Source: an uncultured Planctomycetales bacterium (GTDB taxonomy: Bacteria; 4484-113). From it: 64,000 nt of DNA. A model generated the notes under the pieces. It ran no database searches. It was not told the DNA's origin and worked only from the letters and a program-made list of their open reading frames with translations. The translations under genes and the position numbers were made by a program. The stretch covers positions 2,968 to 66,967 of the forward strand of contig CAZKNJ010000003.1 of NCBI GenBank assembly GCA_964554185.1. The letters are read 5' to 3'. Of this stretch, positions 61,014 through 64,000 are shown piece after piece; the first letter of the stretch is position 1; the number at the start of each line of letters is the position of its first letter.

Positions 61014-61304
61014 TTACTTCTTGCCGACGACGTCTTTGAGGCTCTTCCCCGCAACGAACTTGGGAACCCTGCGCTGAGGAATGGTGATCTTGGCGCCCGT
61101 CTGCGGGTTCACGCCCGTGCGCTTCTTGCGGCTCGCCACTGAGAACGTGCCGAAACCGGTGAGCTGCACCTTGCCGCCCTTCTTCAGGGCGGAAGTGATG
61201 ACGTCAATGGTTGCGTCAACCGCCGCCTTCGCCTTAGTCTTCTCAATCTTGGCGGTTTTGGCGACCTCGTTTACCAGGTCTGTTTTACCCAAAATCTTGG
61301 TCAT
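61014..61304 (-). CDS. hup: HU-family DNA-binding protein
   Basis: 96 aa. VQLTGFGTFSVASRKKRTGVNPQTGAKITIP. RBS GAGGGGA. Confidence 0.9.
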   Translation of the reverse strand: MTKILGKTDLVNEVAKTAKIEKTKAKAAVDATIDVITSALKKGGKVQLTGFGTFSVASRKKRTGVNPQTGAKITIPQRRVPKFVAGKSLKDVVGKK

Positions 61305-61334
61305 GGCCTTCCCCTCGTTAATTGAGATAGCCGC

Positions 61335-61343
61335 ATTATATCA
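61335..61343 (-). promoter_or_regulatory. extended -10 (TGaTATAAT on minus strand) for the HU gene
   Basis: Forward attatatca is the reverse complement of TGATATAAT. Lies about 30 nt upstream of the HU ATG. Confidence 0.45.
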
Positions 61344-61462
61344 CAGCGCGTCCGCCTCCGCAAGCCTTTAAGCCAGTCACAATGCGGATTCCCGCAGATT
61401 CTCGGTATCGCTATTCCCTAGGGAAGCGCACTCCTGGGTTGCATGTTAGACTCATCCCCTCA

Positions 61463-62056
61463 ATGGAAGCCACGCACGCAACCGGCGCCGAGCAACTTGA
61501 CCCGCGCGATGTCGCGGGCCGCAGCGTGCTGCTGCACGTATGCTGCGCGCCGGACGCAACCGTGCCGCTGCAGTTGCTCATGCCGTTGGCGAAGAAGGTG
61601 GTGGCCTATTTCCACAACCCCAACGTCTACCCGCCGGAGGAATATGCGCGCCGGCTTGGGGCGATGCGCACCGTGGCTTCCGAGTACGGTTGCGAGTTGG
61701 TGGAGGGGGATTACGGGGAAGCGCCGAAGTACGCCACGTTGTTCAGCATGTACGCCGCCGAGCCTGAGGGCGGTGAACGCTGCCATCTCTGCTACGCGAT
61801 GCGGCTGGAATCGTCTGCCCGCATGGCCGCTGACCTCGGCCTGGACTGCTTTGCCACCACTCTCACGATCAGCCCCCATAAGAACCACCGCACCATCAAC
61901 TCTCTGGGCGAGGCAGCCGCGGGTAGGTGGGGCGTGGGCTATGTCGCGTCCAATTTCAAGAAGCGAGAAGGCTTCAAGGAGAGCGTGAGGCTGGCCAACG
62001 AGCTGGGATTGTACCGCCAGAACTACTGCGGCTGCGCCTGGTCACGGCGCGACTAA
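61463..62056 (+). CDS. queH: epoxyqueuosine reductase QueH (DUF208)
   Basis: VLLHVCCAPDAT...CHLCY...YCGCAWS cysteine pattern of QueH. A TGtTAGACT -10-like element lies 10 nt before the ATG at 61463. The track ORF starts at 61382. Confidence 0.75.
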   Translation: MEATHATGAEQLDPRDVAGRSVLLHVCCAPDATVPLQLLMPLAKKVVAYFHNPNVYPPEEYARRLGAMRTVASEYGCELVEGDYGEAPKYATLFSMYAAEPEGGERCHLCYAMRLESSARMAADLGLDCFATTLTISPHKNHRTINSLGEAAAGRWGVGYVASNFKKREGFKESVRLANELGLYRQNYCGCAWSRRD

Positions 62057-63939
62057 AGCAACTTGATCTTAGTATCGCCCAGCGCGATGATGTCGCCCGC
62101 GCCGGCGGCTTCCGGTTGGTGCGGCGTGAGCTTGCGCCCATTCAGCTCCGTGCCGTTGGTGCTTCCCAAGTCCTCCACCTCAACGCTGTCACCCACGCGC
62201 CGGATAACCAGATGCTGTCGGCTCACCTGCCGATCTTCGGGCAACAGGATGATGCCTTCTTTGCGGCCCACCACCAGCTCCGCCTTCAGTTCAAACGACA
62301 TTCCGCTGTGGGGGCCGGTAACCACCATCGCGCTGGTAGCGGGCTTGCGCACTTCGGCGGACGGCTCCGGCAGTCCTAGCTCGGCGCGCCGCTGCCGCTC
62401 ATCCATATCCACCTGTTCCATCAAGTAGTCAATGTCTATTTCGCCCTGCTCCTTGCGCACTCGCCGCTCGCGGAACACCACTCGCGTGCTGCCGATGATG
62501 AACTCGTCGCCGTCCTGCAGCCGCGCCGTGCGCACCGGCATTCCCCGATGCAGGGGCGGATTGTCTTCGTCCAGCGCCGCGAGCACAAACCCGTCGCTGC
62601 CCAGCTGCACCAGCGCGTGCTGCGCCAGCACGTCCGGGTCGTGCCGAATCTGGATGTTGCACTCCTCGCCCCGGCCGATGAGGTTCTCATCCCGCAGGGC
62701 GAAGTCCTTGCCCTCCAGCGGCGCAACCATTACCGTCACCCACGCCGCGCGCAGCAGCTTCACCAGCGTGAGCACCACCAGCGTGATGAATGCAATCACC
62801 ATCAGTATCACGCCGGGCCAGAGCATCCGCGCCAACGCCGAGCCGAGGCCGGGCGAGCGGAAGGTGAAGTCGGTCGTGGCGGTGCGCGACTCCCAGTTCA
62901 CCATCAGCGTCCCGTCCACAATCGCGCCCTGCCGTTTCTCGGCTGAGTCGTACTCGATTACATACTCGTTGAGTATCTGCTCCAGAATCGTCTGATAGAT
63001 TTCCTTTAGGTCGTACGCCGTGGGCGAGAGGAAGAACCGCCCGCCAGTGCTGTCAGCTATGTAGCTCAGTCCGTTTACGTCAATCTGGTCGCCCAGGCCC
63101 AGAGTGAACACCGAGAAGCTCTCGTTCTGGGCGAGAATCTCGAGGCGGAAGTACTCAACCAGCGTGTCCGGCGTCTCGGTGCTGGCGTTGTCCATCCCGT
63201 CGGACAGCACGATTACCGCCCGGCGGTAGCCCTGAGTAAAACGCGTCAGGTTCATTCCCTGGCGCACCGCGTCGTAAAGCCGCGTCTGGCCAAATGCACG
63301 CAGATGGTCCAGCGCGTCCGTTACCAACTCCTTGTCAGCAGTGAAATCCTGCACCGTCACCACTGCGTCGGCGAACTTGATGAGCGCAACTTGGTCGTCG
63401 CTCTCGAGTTGGTGGATGAACCCCTTCACCGCCTCAATCTCCAGCTCCAGCGGCGTCGGCTCGTCCTGTTGCACCCCATGCAGTGGAATGGAGCGCAGTG
63501 CCTGCGGAGGGATATCGCCCTGCATGGAGCCGCTGACGTCAATCACAAAGCAGATGGCCAGCGGCAGGTCAAAGACCTCAGGGTTGGCGAATCTTAGCTC
63601 CGGCACCTCCGACCCGTTTTCGGTCAGCGCGAAGTTGGTGATGTCCAGGTTCTTGATAGGCAGGCCACGCGTGTCGGTGACCGAGGCGAACAGCCTCACC
63701 AGGGGAAAAGCGCTCAGATCAAACTGCGAAATGCGCAGGTCGCGCTTGATCGGCGCAACCGGTGACTGGGGTGGGGCGGCAGCGGTGGGAATCCCAGCTT
63801 GCCCGCTGCCGGGCGGCTGGGCGGCGGGCGGCCCCTGCGGAGGCGGTCCGGGAGCCTGTGCGCTGGCAATGTAGACCAACATACCCACCAGCGCCAGGGC
63901 GAAGGGCAGCCGGGAAAGGGCTTTGAGGCAGGTTAGCAC
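62053..63939 (-). CDS. membrane protein with periplasmic VWA domain and two cytoplasmic FHA domains
   Basis: Signal peptide. VWA MIDAS motif VIDVSGSM. One TM. FHA signatures GRGEECNIQIRHDPDVLAQHALV and GRKEGIILLPEDRQVSRQHLVI...STNGTELNG. Confidence 0.75.
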   Translation of the reverse strand: MLTCLKALSRLPFALALVGMLVYIASAQAPGPPPQGPPAAQPPGSGQAGIPTAAAPPQSPVAPIKRDLRISQFDLSAFPLVRLFASVTDTRGLPIKNLDITNFALTENGSEVPELRFANPEVFDLPLAICFVIDVSGSMQGDIPPQALRSIPLHGVQQDEPTPLELEIEAVKGFIHQLESDDQVALIKFADAVVTVQDFTADKELVTDALDHLRAFGQTRLYDAVRQGMNLTRFTQGYRRAVIVLSDGMDNASTETPDTLVEYFRLEILAQNESFSVFTLGLGDQIDVNGLSYIADSTGGRFFLSPTAYDLKEIYQTILEQILNEYVIEYDSAEKRQGAIVDGTLMVNWESRTATTDFTFRSPGLGSALARMLWPGVILMVIAFITLVVLTLVKLLRAAWVTVMVAPLEGKDFALRDENLIGRGEECNIQIRHDPDVLAQHALVQLGSDGFVLAALDEDNPPLHRGMPVRTARLQDGDEFIIGSTRVVFRERRVRKEQGEIDIDYLMEQVDMDERQRRAELGLPEPSAEVRKPATSAMVVTGPHSGMSFELKAELVVGRKEGIILLPEDRQVSRQHLVIRRVGDSVEVEDLGSTNGTELNGRKLTPHQPEAAGAGDIIALGDTKIKLL

Positions 63940-64000
63940 CGCTTGTATTCTACCGCAGGATGGCGCGGCCGCATGGTTTCCGGCTTCCGCGATTTGGGAA

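Noticed and set aside
1-64000. CRISPR arrays, IS elements, integrases, tRNA and rRNA
   Set aside because: No direct-repeat/spacer periodicity, no transposase, recombinase or integrase-like ORF, and no tRNA- or rRNA-like sequence were seen. Intergenic regions are short and were inspected.

Overview
This is a high-GC (roughly 60-66%), densely coding chromosomal segment. The organism is a diderm bacterium, because lpxC and an LptD/OstA-like outer-membrane protein are present. No tools were available, so all gene calls rest on reading the six-frame ORF track and the sequence, plus motif recall. About 50 genes are supported. Housekeeping genes are clpX, hpf, lpxC, a holA-like gene, thiL, ribBA and ribE, accC with a BCCP gene, meaB, ubiX, queH, an HU gene, a phoH-like gene, an enoyl-CoA hydratase and a 3-hydroxybutyryl-CoA dehydrogenase. 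An unusually large share of the remaining genes encode secreted or lipoprotein surface proteins. These are a 924-aa protein built of about 9 CarboxypepD_reg/Cna-B-like repeats, a 1052-aa PQQ/BamB-type beta-propeller protein with a dockerin-like motif, an FG-GAP protein, an NHL lipoprotein and a secreted tricorn-like protease. No rRNA, tRNA, CRISPR array, transposase or integrase was found. Most interesting: (1) a four-member paralogous family within 16 kb whose proteins share an extracytoplasmic module of about 250 aa that I do not recognise. Its motifs are FEPWHxEFSxGNGYIxxI, then YYFRxYGExxVIAEGI, preceded by L(S/T)xxERxxLL. One member is membrane-anchored and translationally coupled (ATGAGTGA overlap) to an ECF sigma factor, so it is a putative anti-sigma factor with a novel sensor domain. 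A Met-rich periplasmic protein and an Nramp-Usp fusion sit among these paralogs. (2) A SIR2_2-like domain fused to about 16 TPR repeats, with its stop 1 nt from the ubiX start; this is a candidate NAD-targeting defence or signalling protein. (3) A recurring promoter architecture in which an extended -10 (TGnTAGAAT or TATAAT) lies only 8-12 nt before the start codon of clpX, the phoH-like gene, the moeA-like gene, queH and paralog D. This implies leaderless or near-leaderless mRNAs. (4) An 11-gene co-directional minus-strand array running from riboflavin synthesis to a csaB, DUF5693-like and LmeA-like envelope module. (5) Lower-GC islands that coincide with surface-protein genes. Gene starts are uncertain in several places because the organism frequently uses GTG and TTG starts.
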